DNA from: Hormiphora californensis
Taxonomy: Eukaryota; Animalia; Ctenophora
Direction: 5' to 3'
Assembly (NCBI GenBank): GCA_020137815.1
Contig: CM035361.1
Span: 1,984,001 to 2,048,000, forward strand
Length of the DNA: 64,000 nucleotides
The position numbers and the translations under genes are program-made. Shown one piece after another: positions 26,669-42,225 of this stretch. The stretch's first letter is position 1; every line of letters starts with the position of its first letter. A model generated the notes under the pieces. It made no database searches. It worked only from the letters and a program-made list of their open reading frames with translations, and was not told the origin of the DNA.

Positions 26669-27457
26669 CTGTCGACTAGTTCATATCAAAACGTATTGAT
26701 GAAACGCCCCACTTAAAGTGCCGAACAGACAGACTGTGTAGCATGGCCCCACAGCCCTTGGCATGTTCCTTGCCTGTCAGCTCTCACACCGGGCCGAAGG
26801 GCGAGGCGCTTAAAGTGCCGAACAGACAGACTGCGTAGCCTGTTATAAAGCGATGACCTATAATCCGCCACAGCACAGGCTGAAAATGGAAGACAATCGT
26901 TCCTGGACGGTGTTTCACAAAAGACTGCCCAGTGTACTCCCGAACCTCGTACTATACAGTCACGTAGTACGACAAAGCCGTCAGTACTCGTTATTTTGAC
27001 TGGGCAGAGCTGGACAGGGTGCCCGACCTTATCCTGCCATCCAAACCAGCTGGTTTTACCATAAGTCTTCCCTTTTTGAAGTCCTTTCATTGAATACAAT
27101 GAGGACGATATAAAGTAGGTAATGAATCCGAAACCAATACCCAAACTAGTAACTAGTTCACGCACAGCTAAACATATCTTCGACAAACACCCTGCACTTG
27201 GCTAATGACTGTAGTGGTGTGTGAGTTAAGGGTCTCCGCACTATAGTAATACAATAGAGTTCGACACACGCCACTGCTGATGCCACAAATTACCACACGT
27301 GATATATACCTGCACAGACACAAGTGATTTCAGGTATTTTAATTAATAATTTAAATTTCCATCTGACTGAGTTCTTGTTGCCAGATGTTGCCACAACTTG
27401 GAAAAATAGAGATAGAAAGAGAGAAAGAGGGAGAGATAGAGAGAAAGAGAGAGAGAT

Positions 27458-27505
<48 letters not shown>

Positions 27506-27691
27506 TTGAAATCTGGATTCTAGAACAATTGTAAGCAGGAAGCAAGATACAGCTGATAGGAAAATCGTCAAAAGCAAATTAGCGTGAGAGAAGGACTCAC
27601 GTCACAAGAACCTAATTGCCAGAACTCGGTTCCATGGTGTCCCCGCCCTAAAAATCGAGATATAACTGAAATAAAGACTCCCAGAGATGTT

Positions 27692-27767
27692 GTCTGGCGC
27701 CGTGGACCCCATCTGAGCGCACTGCCGCGCTCAATGATAATCAAATCGGGATCTGGACAGCAGAGAC
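27692..27767. repeat. Short dispersed palindromic element, gtctggcg(g)cgccagac family
   Basis: Shares gtctggcg / accccatctgag motifs with 39137-39219, 42260-42342, 43195-43270, 44258-44312, 60852-60918. Confidence 0.6.
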
Positions 27768-29096
27768 GGATGTGCCCGCCTCAACTTTCCGTGGACAAGT
27801 AACTAGCTTTGTCCATACCATAGTTTAGAGTCATCTAGTTGATAACAGTCAATGACTCAAGGAATATCAATAGAGTTAGGAAAATTTCGAGCTTTTGCAA
27901 AACCAATAGCAATGCCCCCAATACCACAACAACTAAAATGTACAAGGTGACATGTTATTAGTATGGTCAAGTAAGAATTAGTCAGCGTGTGACAACATGA
28001 ACAAGACAGTAGCTGCACGTGTGTAGAGGAAAATATAATTTTAGAAATTCAGGAAAAATTAGAGCCAACTTCACGATATGCCACGGCAGCTGCAACGTTT
28101 GCCCCCCGGCTCCTGCACATAGAGAGAGCTGCAAAGTGCAAGATGTCGGCGTTACAAAAGTTAGCTTTGGAGTTTGACCGTACCTACGTCCTACACATGT
28201 TGAAGCTTGAGTCTTGACCCAAATATTCAAATAAAATCTGCAAGTTAAGACCTAGGTTGTCGAACTTCATCAAGCAGTTATGTCTATCAAACAAATTAAA
28301 ATAGCGTAAACTAACATGAGTTACGTACTTACGGAGACTGGAGATTGAGTAAGATAGACTAATGATGTCTATGATTAGGTATACGGTTGCTAAGTAGGCG
28401 AGACAGTCATGGCGTGGCTTTGAAATCACAGACCACACATAAAACACGTTGTTACAACGCAGAAAAATATATGCTATGGTAGTCATAGTGAATTATTTTG
28501 AAATCAAATACTTGCCTTCATTGAATGTGAAATAATGAGTATGAAATATTTCAAAGCTTTTTAAAAACTAACTAAACGGCTTACAACAAGGTTGTCGTTG
28601 GATTATGTTGGATTATCATGTTGGATCGTGTTGGATTATGAAATCTTTTTAAAACTTTCTAAACTACATATATGTATTAAACAAGTTTGTTTAAAGAAAA
28701 TAAGGCAAATAAAATTGATAAATAAACAGAAGAATAAATAATGTAAATGCTACAATTTTCACTAACTTGAGCAACCTTTTCATTTTCACAAACCCGATTC
28801 TACCCCATTGTGCTGACGGTGGTAAAGTCCTACTAACAAAATTAAGAGTAATTACCGATGTTCTTTCACTCACACCTGTAGCACATAAAATATAGGTCAC
28901 GGTAAATACACACATTTTAATTTTGTACACTGAGTAGCACTTTATCATATTTACTCCAAGTTGACCTTTTTTCGGAACAAATCGGCAAAACGCTTGGGCT
29001 AACCAAGGATATGATAAGTAACAAAAACCATGGTTGTTAATGTTATGATATTTAAGATGCGTTCGTGTTTCTTTGTAACAGAAATGAAGTGTTCTC

Positions 29097-29122
29097 GTTG
29101 CTAAGCAACCGTTGCCTAGCAC
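29097..29122. promoter_or_regulatory. Two adjacent RFX X-box-like motifs
   Basis: GTTGCTAAGCAAC (29097-29109) and GTTGCCTAGCAC (29111-29122); target gene unknown. Confidence 0.4.
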
Positions 29123-29574
29123 AGTTTTTGCTAAAATCAATCTTAAATCACATTTGGTAGTGTCTTTTGGAGTTGTGGAAGATGATGGCGATGATGGAGG
29201 GATATCAGGGCCGTGATCCAGCCGGTGAAGAAGTTTTGAATTTGGGAGAAGTGATGATGATAGTTTCTTGTAGCCAGCAGCCCTGTCCTCCTCGTGTTGA
29301 TGTTGTTGTCCTCTACACAATCCTGACGTCTGAACTCTTCTTGTCAAAACTGAAAACGAGGATCGGTAATTAATTAGTCGATTAAGTTGTTATTAAGTTA
29401 ATTGAGTTAATAATTTTGTTGTTTTGCTAATACCCCACTATTATAATACCATGCAGTCTACTATAATTATTTACAATCTTGCAGTATTTAAAATTGGCTA
29501 AACATCTGCAAATTATGTACCCCTTTATTTATACTACTTCATGCATATCTCTAGCACTCTTACACCAAGATTGC

Positions 29575-31494
29575 TCAAGGAAGCAAGTAAGTTGTCATCA
29601 TGGTGGACGATGTAGTAAGCCCTGGAAATCTGGGGTTAGTTTCAATACACACCCTTACCTTTTGTTGTTACTCAACAACTTACCTTATAATTTTCAACGA
29701 TTTTTATGAGTTGAAGTATAATTTTATCGAGTTTTAGTAGGCTAAATCTCTACAAACTGTTTTTTGAACAACTTTATTCCTTTACCTTCTTTTGTCAAAA
29801 GTGTATCCAGTTCCCAATGATCTCTCCATGTCTTCAACGTCCTTGTAGTGCATTCGGTCAAAGTCAATCCTGTGAAGCTGCCTCTCAATCTCATTCTTGG
29901 ACATTCCTGGAAGGGAGAGAGATCGTTACTTTAACTAGGAGAGAGATCTGACGTATTATGAATGCTTGATCATTATTTTTTCAGCTGTTTGATGGATTTG
30001 ACGAAAAAGATGAAAGCTCGGGAGAGAAAGTGAAGTATGCAGTGAGTACACGTGATAAATGACCGCGGGTTGTTAACTATACACTATGATGTTATACCAA
30101 CACCTGCACACCTGTCCTAACCATCCTTCTTCTTCTTTTTCTTCTCTCTATCTCCCTATTTCTCTATATCTCCCTATCTTTCACTATCTCCCTATCTTTC
30201 TCCCCCCCTCTCTCTCTCTCACTCCCCGCTCCAGCTCACCGACCCCTAAGTTGCTCTGGCCTCTGAGTCATGGTCTGATGGTGCAGTGGTGCATTACATC
30301 ATACTTCTACATACTTACAAATACAAATTGACGATAAAACCCCATTGACAAACAAGAATGATTTGGAATGATAAAAAATTCAACAATTAAATATGAATGT
30401 GATTGCAAAAGTACGAGGTGGGTGGGACCAGGAAAGAGAAATGCCTTAAATTAATCATAATGAAGGGATAAATTTTATACCAAGTTCATATGCATGATCT
30501 GGGATAACTCGTTTGTACTGCTTTCGTAGCCTCTGCTTGGGCGTGATAACGACCGCTTTCCCCTTATCTGAAACAGAGTGAGCTGATTAATTATACAAAT
30601 CTGACTGAATTATTTCATTGATATTTTCATTTTGTATCTTTTTCGACGTCAGCTACTGTTGGAGCCATATATAATGCCAACTAATCATGTGAGAGGTTGA
30701 AGATGGTCCTGTCTCATAACAACAAGTCTCGATCTTTATATGTATAGACTTTGTTAGAGGTAATAAGACCAAGTGAGAGAGTGAGAGAGTGATAGTTAGA
30801 GATATAGAGATAGAAAGAGAGAGAGAGAAGGAAGAGTGAGAGATAGATATGATATTTAGAGCCTCCTGACGCACTACTGCAAGGTAACACAGGGGTGCTA
30901 ATTGTGGAACGTTGCCACAAGGGGGCTGGAAACAGTTGTAATTACAACAACATGTAAGCTACTACCACCACGTGCAGTGCAGTACCACCCCCTTACTCAG
31001 TACCACTATCATGGGGAGGATGATATCATTTATCGAATTATCGAAGTCCAGGGGCGACACTATAGTCATTAGTCGTTACAGAAGTGTGTATCCAAATACA
31101 GAGAAATAGAGATGCACCTGTTCCAGTGTACAGCTAACTATCCATTGAGGAGAATTACAGACATGAACAGGATCATAGACACCAACACTGACATGAAGTA
31201 GGGGCAATCCAAGAAGACTCGACAAACGAAGAATTCAATTAGTCATTGAATACCAAAGTACTTTGAGAAGTGTTGTGTCAGTGCATGTGGAGGGGTAATC
31301 CCTGTGGTGAACTCGCGTGGTTCAGAGTTAGATCAGGCATGGAAGACTCAAAAGTTGACAAAGTAAAAAACAGAATACGTACCATTTGAACTGGAGGTAT
31401 GGTTGACGGTGCCGATGATCTGCCAGTGGAAGGGATCATAAAGGGGGTTTGGAGGGACGATAACTCGCATAAAGGTCTGGGCTGCCATGTTCAT
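29575..31494 (-). CDS. Uncharacterised protein, ~124 aa (ends uncertain)
   Basis: Exons 31494-31383, 30567-30481, 29906-29786, 29629-29575 in phase: MNMAAQTFMRVIVPPNPLYDPFHWQIIG...|DKGKAVVITPKQRLRKQYKRVIPDHAYEL|GMSKNEIERQLHRIDFDRMHYKDVEDMERSLGTGYTFDKR|RFPGLTTSSTMMTTYLLP*. Acceptor at 31509-31510 implies upstream exons; an alternative longer 3' path exists. Confidence 0.6.
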
Positions 31495-32479
31495 GTAGTG
31501 TGTGTGTGCTGTAATTGGAAATATGTTAGTTGAAATTGAAGTAGTTGAAGTAGTTAGAATCTACAAGAATTGAAGTAGTTGAAGTAGTTAGAATCTACAA
31601 GTTGAAGCTAGTAGCTACAAAAGATAACAATGGTACTGGAAGGATGCCAAATCTGAGCTGTTTGTGAAACAGGTGCTTGCCAATCAACAAAGGAGAACCG
31701 CATATAATAGTGGTTGGGTCCAGACCACAACTATACACGAAAAGCTGGTCAAAGAAAAGTGGAAACAATAACAAGCAACTGTAAAATAAAACAATAAAAT
31801 GCTTTAAGTTTATTCTAAAGTGTGGAGTTTACATGTGCGATGAGGAGTTTTAGACAAAGAAATAAAAAATAATAATAAAAGTACTACGTCTAGTTTAATG
31901 GAACTCTATCTCTCTCTGTCCCATGATAGCGTAAACAAAACCATGTGGGAAGAGTTGTGTAAACGAAGCAGATGTTCACAGCAGCTAGAGAGAGCTAATG
32001 ACTACATATCACGATGTAGACCAACACCGTGGAGAGAGATAATGATAGAAAAGGAGTTGCTACATCTCAGGAAAGACGGGAGGGTATGTAATGATAAAAG
32101 CCTAAACACTATATTTCAGTCTACAGCTGGTGCAGCTTTTAGGTAGATTTGGGATAATGACTCAGTGCAGGTATTATACTGTTACTAGTATGAAGGTGAT
32201 TACAATAAGGCTATAGTCCTTACCCGAAAGAGAACCCTTTAGTTTTACATTTCCACTTAGTTTCCCCCTTAACCCACTGTATCAAAAGGATAAGATCACT
32301 AAACAAAGCACTCCCGTATATAATGGCCGCCATGTCTAGGTGGGAGCTCTCAAGCAGGGCATCAGAGTGTGTGTGATTGTGTGAAAGTCGCTTATGTGCA
32401 ATCACAATTATGTACACCACCACTAGCTCGCTGATCATTCTCAGTCCAAGTGTGTAAGGAGATCTCTGATTATTCTCAA

Positions 32480-35330
<2,851 letters not shown>

Positions 35331-37098
35331 AGGTGGATAATTAGGGTCACGTGACATTACCACACACCTGTCATTGACCTGAGTCACGTGACTTGATCCC
35401 ACATGACCCTGTATGTTGCCATGGTTACCAACCAACTCCGTTTGATTACATTTGACTATAGCATCTATCCCTCTCTCTCCCCCACGTGGTTATATCTCGA
35501 TTGTCACATGTTGATTACTTCACACACCTCTGCAGGACTCAATATGATATTCAAGTAGTAGTCACGTGTAGTGATACCCAGCAAGTGCAATCTGCAAATC
35601 ACCTGGTCATGCAGTGGCAGCTTGGAGATCAGAGACTCAGAGACCTCTCTCTGTTGCCATCAGCTTTGCGCTTTAGTAGCGGCTGCAGGATATATGTATG
35701 AGCTTTATGGAATTCATGAACTTCATGCAACTCGTTTTCTCTTAGGCAATTCTTTAAGAGAAAACGAGTCTTTGAGTTCTCTGTTGCTTAAAATTAAGCC
35801 CCCTCCCTCCCCCCGGATTATATGAATCATATTATGATGATGATGAGACGATCACATGTTCATTCCCTCACACTGTACAATCTTAGCAGGCTACTGACGA
35901 GTGCTACCAAATTATCCATCACTTATAATTTATAAATACATATAACACAGAACGAGCATCTGGTGCAAGGGTCTCTAAACAATAAACATATTGATCAATA
36001 TCAATGAGAAGAATAATGTTTAGAATAATGTTTAGTAATGCAGCAATATAAATACTACGATTAATAACTAGCATTCACAGGTTTCAAGACCAACGGACTG
36101 CACAATTCAACGATGATTACCATTATTCATTAATCGCTCTTCGGTTATGAATATCACTCCGCAGGAGGGAAAACTACTACTGTGTTCAAATTAATTACTT
36201 GATCAGTCAAGGTAATTAAGTAATTACTCGACTAAAAGGAAATCAAAGCAATAAGGATAACGCTTGTCATGCGTCACGATTCAAGAATCAAGCTCCAGGA
36301 GGCTGATTGGAAAAAGAAAAGTTATATGGCTTGAAAGAGTTGAAAGACATGTCATGGTTAATCGAAGACAGGGCCCTTTGAGAAAGCTCTGATAAGGGTG
36401 GTGAAAGTTTCTAAGAATGGAGGTTGCAACATTGTACCTCAATTGACTGTCAACTAGTCTCACACCTCGTTGAGTTAATGGCAGTGCAATTCAGCCAACA
36501 AGGCACGGAGTGAGTTGTGGCACGCGTTAAATAGTTAGTTGGTATCCTGTATATTATAGGGTGCTGAAAGGTGTATCGAGGATGGTTCAATCAGGACTTG
36601 AAACCGACATTACATCGGCCATCGGCGATAAAGCTGGACGATTTCCAACTTCTTCAGATTCTTATAAGAAACCCATGTGCACACAACAATCACATCCACA
36701 GAATTATAGTGGATCAGAAGAGTGGATCAAAAGTGAATTAGGACCACATTAATTCATGTGGTGGTCATTGGTGAGGTTTTATTTAAACTCAAGGGAATGT
36801 GAAAATGTGGTTGGCATATGAGGGTGTCGAACGGGATACGAGAATTGCCTTGACCCTCTTACAGTCTCTCACGTACCATCCCCCACACAATGTTAGTAAA
36901 GGAGGGTTAGGAATAGGTGGGTTATGAAGAAGATAAAGGACTGAGATGGTCCAATTTTCTTAGACGTAATCAAGCCTAGATTAAATATAGTGCTACTGCA
37001 GCTGACCTGTGGTGGGTTTAATGGTATTGTCTTGACAATGAAATATATGGTGAGGAGAGAAAGATGGGGAGAGAGAGAAAGATAGACAGAGAGAGAGC

Positions 37099-37154
<56 letters not shown>

Positions 37155-38124
37155 AGAGAGATAGAGAGAGAAAGACAGGGAAAGAAAATACAATAGGATC
37201 ACTGATCCAGGATAGTCTGCTATGACACGTGACCCTTTCACAGTGGGACGAGAAATGAAAGAGAGAGAGCTGAGACTCTGACTACCCCAAGATTTAATGA
37301 TATATGAAAGATATATGATGAATAGGGAATGGTATTCATTATTCAATGAAGTGGAACTGGATGAAGTGACAAATTTCTTGTTGGAGTCGGAGGGTGTTTG
37401 ACAAAGCAGCTGGAAACTATTCAGGATTATTCAGGCCAGTCTCACTAATGGATCAGTTTCCATTATGACAAAAGAAGGCAAACGAGGGATAATTCTAACG
37501 GAGCATGCGGCTATGCACTAAAATATACGAATAAAAGGATTTAGACTACATCCACTAAAACTAAATCATGGAAACTTTTAACTCAAGGGCGTAGTCTACA
37601 AACAACTCCCCGATTGTCCCATTCAACAACCAGTACCTGGGATGAAAGGGGGGAATACATTACATGCAAGGAACAAAGAATGACCAGCCAAATAAAGAGA
37701 GGACCAGCTGCACAGCTCCTCCTGAATACACCCAATCCCCAAACATAGCTCTCTTTTAATATAGAGTACCGGCCTCTCACACACGTACCCTGCTTAGATA
37801 GATAGAGAGAGAAATGGAGAGGGAGACAGATAGGATCAGAGAAAGAGAGAGAGAGAGATATATATCAAAAAGCAGAGCGACGAAGGTGGAGGAATAAAAG
37901 GAGGGGAGGATGATCAAGAGAACGGCTCTCCTGTAAACACACCAAGGAGACTGGGAAGGGGTGAGAGATGCCATGAAAGATCTGCATCTCAATAGAGAGG
38001 GGGTTGGAGGAGTATTCTCAGCTAGGCTGATGAATTGGACTTTCTTATACACACACAGAGAGCAGCTGTGCAGCTGCTTTCCCCCCTGATTTACACACAA
38101 CAGCTTCTTCTCCAATATCATTAT

Positions 38125-38660
38125 ATATCAACATGTGTTATTGGGCAGTTTGCTAAACAAAAGCTTTCCTGACGAGATAGTGGAAAACAAATAATAATAA
38201 AGACTGGCTGAATAGATTGCTGCCTGTTGGTCAAGGAAGGGGTTTCCACTTTCCCGGTTTCAAATTGAAGAATCCCAGCCCAAATTGTTGAGTTACTCAG
38301 CAAAGTCCAACAGTATACTTATAGTCCTGCCTAAATTACTGGTACTCCATATACTTCGCGAAGCTTCGCCTTAAATATATCAACTGGGGCTCAACATGTG
38401 TTATTGGACAGTTTGCTAAACAACAGCTTTCCTGAGTTTCTGACGAGATAGTGGAGTACAAATAATAAAGAAATGAGTGATCCTTTCGGTCAAGGATGGG
38501 GTTTATAAATATAATCGAACGGATGATGGATATGCCAATCTAAAGATTCCAAGCCCCCCCCCCCCCCCCCCCCCCCCTGTTGAGTAACTCAACAAAGTCC
38601 AACAGTATACTTCTATCTAAATTACTACTGCGTATACCATAAATATATCAACTGGGGCTC
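38125..38660. repeat. Diverged tandem duplication, two ~265-bp units
   Basis: caacatgtgttattgg..agtttgctaaacaa..ctgacgagatagtgga..caaagtccaacagtatactt..atatatcaactggggctc occurs twice in tandem. Confidence 0.85.
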
Positions 38661-39600
38661 TAACTAAAATGCCGTGACGTGCAGAAACTATCGGGGAATA
38701 TATTGTGTAACAACTACTCTCTCTGTGTCAAACAATTGACAAAAGGAGCTGGGGTACATGCAGTATGAGCTATACTTCATGTACAGCTCCTAGTCCTACC
38801 TCATGCAGTAGGTTACGACCCCCGCATAGACTACTATACAGGATGGTGTAATAACCTACTATAGTAAGCTTGGGAGTTGTGTGGAAACTGCAGTGGAAAC
38901 TGCAGCTATTGGAAATGGATCAGATATTAAACAAAAATAATGGTTTATATAGTGGCCAACGTTCATCAAACATAACAATAAAATGCCTGAGAGGGATTAG
39001 ATCACTAATTTTGATTCTGTTCGTTGAAAACTATTTAAAGTATGGATATTTCATGTTTCAAATAGCTTTCTATGACTCATCGATGATTTCATCTAGAAAG
39101 TTTGCATATACTTTGCATGTATCTCTAGGGATCACTGTCTGGCGGCACCAACCCGATCTAAGCACATTCTCTCCCACCCCTTACTCAACAAGTTAAAACG
39201 GGGTCTGGCGACGCCAGACAAAGGGATCACGAGTACCAAAAGAGATCAAAAGTGATCCATCTTGATATCAATGGTGTCACACTACCAGTACCACATCACG
39301 GTCACTACCACGTCACGGTCAGTGGTCACTACCATGATACTACCATGATACTACCACAACAACTTACCAAATTAGGCACTGCGTTGTATCTCACGAAAAG
39401 TATACTTCATGTACCTCCTAGTCCTACCTCATGCCATGCAGTAGGTTACGACCCCCGCATACCGTAGACTACTAATACAGGACTACTAATACAGGATGGT
39501 GTAATAACCTAATAGCAAGCTTGGAAGTTGTGTGGAAACTAAAGCTACTGGAAATGGAGATATTAAACAAAACGAATGGTTTATATAGTGTCATCAAATA

Positions 39601-39740
39601 CAAATTAAAAACGACAGAAGTTTTTAAGGTTGTTTTTAATTTGTATAAACTGCTCGCCGGCTAACCCCGTGCTAGAGCTCTCTGTTGATCTCGGACCAAG
39701 GGACAGGATATCTATCTTGTCATCAATCTACTAAACTCGC
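39601..39740. mobile_element. 140-bp insertion flanked by 17-bp direct repeat
   Basis: tatagtgtcatcaaata at 39584-39600 and 39741-39757; insert absent from duplicate copy 1; hairpin at left end. Confidence 0.7.
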
Positions 39741-40555
39741 TATAGTGTCATCAAATATAACAATAAAATGCGTGGGAGGGATTAGATCACTTGATTAGAT
39801 CACTTGATTAGATCACTTGATTAGATCACTTGATTAGATCACATTGATTAGATCACTTGATTCTTTTCGTATATTTATCGGATATTTATCCAACGGAGTG
39901 TAGTGGAACGGATGGTAAAACTCTTGGTGTTCTTTTGGATCATAATCTGACAATGGAGAGGCAGGTCAACAACGTTCGGAAACAGTGTGGCTTGGTGTTG
40001 AGGAATCTCTGGCAACTGAACAAATGTTTCGATGTTTCAACGAAGATTATGCTAGTGAAGCAGTTGGTGATATCTAAGATTGATTACAGTAACATACTGT
40101 ATTCAGTATTGTGGACTACCTAAAAAGATCTTGGATGGGCTCCAGAAAGTTCTCAATTCCTGTATTCGCTTCATCTATAACCTCCGTGGGCACCAGGAAG
40201 ACTACATGGATTTCTTCCGGCAGTGCCATATTCTTCCGATCACTCAAAGACTTACTTTCAAAGCTTGCTTAATAGCCTACAAGATAGTCAGCGGTACAGC
40301 ACCGGAATACCTTCAAGATTTGGTACCTCTTGATGATTGTTGGGGAGCATCTAGAACTACACGGATGACAGGAGTTCTTGATCCCTACAGGCTCAAACAC
40401 CCTAAGATGTCCAGTATCAATGCTAACTCAAAGCTAAGACGGAGGAGGATATCTGTGTTCCTGCCAACGGTATGGAATGACCTTCCCTTCCAACTAAGAT
40501 CTATTCCTAATGTGGACACCTTCAAATCTCGGTTAAAGACTCATCTGTTCACTGT

Positions 40556-41327
40556 GGGCGCGCACAGACTGTTCATGCGTGATCATGTCCATAAGTGGGC
40601 AAGATTTTGATCAAGTCACGCAGACTGTTCAAGCTTGATCATCTGATCAAGCTTGGACAGTAAAAACTGAAACCTATTCATATCAAAGCGAAAACCACTG
40701 TGATACCCGGCTAATTTTAATACTCTGAATCACGTAAGCTAGTTTTCAAATCCGTCAGAGGTCAGGAAAGTGTTCTAATTGGGCATAATTGGGTCTAATT
40801 GACCCCACATAAAACTTGTCACCTGGAAATAATAGACGCTTATGTGAGGGCACTTTTCCGACTAATTTTGATACGCTGAATCACATAAACAACTTATCCA
40901 CGCCCCCAGAGGTCGGGAAAGTGTCTTAATTGAGTATAATTGGATCTAATTGACCTTAATTGCTCAATTAGGGCATTTCCCGACCTCTGGGGGCTTGGAA
41001 AAGTTGCTTATGTGATTCAGCGTATCAAAATTAGTCGGAAAAGTGCCCTCGTGTCATTTCCAGGTGACAAGTTGCAATTGGGGTCAATTAGACCCAATTA
41101 TGCCCAATTAGGACACTTTCCCGACCTCCGAAGGATTTGAAAACTAGCTTACGTGATTCAGAGTATCAAAATTAGTCGGGTACAGTGGTTTTTGCTTTGA
41201 TATGAATAAGTTTCAGTTTTTACTGTCCAAGCTTGATCAGATGATCAAGCTTGAACAGTCTGCGTGACTTGATCAAAATCTTGCCCACTTATGGACATGA
41301 TCACGCATGAACAGTCTGTGCGCGCCC
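40556..41327. mobile_element. 772-bp palindromic non-autonomous DNA transposon (Harbinger-like) nested in the LINE
   Basis: Termini gggcgcgcacagactgttcatgcg / cgcatgaacagtctgtgcgcgccc; arms span nearly the whole element; 3-bp TSD TGT; excision restores ..HLFTVAFGEVPTVLV*. Confidence 0.92.
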
Positions 41328-41584
41328 TGTGGCATTCGGCGAGGTTCCCACGGTTCTGGTATAGGTACTTGGCCGTGGGCAATTGGTGTCGTCCCTTTTA
41401 TTTCATTTCGGCTTTCATTACCTAGTACCTTGTTTTCAAGCTGGTGTGAGTATAGAGTGTGTTAAATTTATATCGACAGGTTTATGAGACCCGATTATTT
41501 TCTCAGTTACCATTACATAGTCACCTGTATTAGTCTACTTCAAACGTTTTTTTTCTACCCAGTGTTGTTTGTGTGAGAGCATTA

Positions 41585-41861
41585 GGGTCACCACACACCA
41601 AAGTTAAAATTAAAATTAAAATTTTGATTTTAAACCCGCACACACCAGCGGCCGTTAAAATTTCTCTCCCCATTCTAAAAGTAACAATCTCACACACGAT
41701 TTTGACGGTCGCGTTGGATGATAAAATTTTAACACGCCGTTAAAATCGCGCGCGAGATTGTTACTTTTAGAATGGGGGAGAGAAATTTTAACGGCCGCTG
41801 GTGTGTGCGGGTTTAAAATCAAAATTTTAATTTTAATTTTAACTTTGGTGTGTGGTGACCC
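41585..41861. mobile_element. PIF/Harbinger-type MITE nested in LINE 3' UTR
   Basis: TIR gggtcaccacacaccaaagttaaaattaaaattaaaattttg, ~105-bp arms, TSD TTA (41582-41584, 41862-41864). Confidence 0.92.
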
Positions 41862-42066
41862 TTATATATTATCCCTAGGATATACCGCTCTGATGATTTG
41901 GCAGTTCAGTGTTAATTATATTACTCTGATACTGTTGAATATGGGCGGTATATAAGCTCCAGTTATTATTATTATTATTATTATTATTTCATGTTTTAAA
42001 TAGTTTTCTATAACTCATCGATAATTTCATCTAGAAAGTTAGCATATACTTTAAGCATGTTATGTA

Positions 42067-42225
42067 CAGTCGGACCCCGATTTAGTGGCATCGTCGGGGG
42101 AAAGGGTTTTGTCCACTAAATCGGGGTGTTCACTAAATCGGGGTCAAATTTACTGTTAATTTCCTATATCGGGGGAAATTTATCCTGCCACTAAATCGGG
42201 GTGCCACTAAATCGGGGTCCGACTG
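42067..42225. mobile_element. Tc1/mariner-type MITE, 159 bp
   Basis: TA|cagtcggaccccgatttagtggca...tgccactaaatcggggtccgactg|TA; absent from duplicate copy 1. Confidence 0.93.

Larger units (their letters stand above)
39888..41984 (+). mobile_element. 5'-truncated non-LTR retrotransposon (L2/CR1 group), defective
   Basis: ORF2 C-terminus KTLGVLLDHNLTMERQVN..LVISKIDYSNILY/CGLPKK..LQKVLNSCIRFI..HILPITQRLTFK..APEYL..WNDLP..FKSRLKTHLF; 7-nt frameshift near 40100; stop at 41364 after removing nested MITE; (TTA)n tail 41963-41984; short tattt repeat on both sides. Confidence 0.92.

Noticed and set aside
27211-27277. tRNA-like stretch (7-bp acceptor-like stem, GTTCGA)
   Set aside because: T-arm cannot form and the anticodon stem is mismatched; at most a hairpin or decayed tRNA-derived repeat.
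28691-29347. 218-aa ORF as stand-alone gene
   Set aside because: Non-ATG start, AT-rich non-protein-like distal half; only its start may be an alternative last exon.
39657-39672. ccggctaaccccgtgc resembling a bacterial 16S conserved segment
   Set aside because: Only ~16 nt with no flanking similarity.
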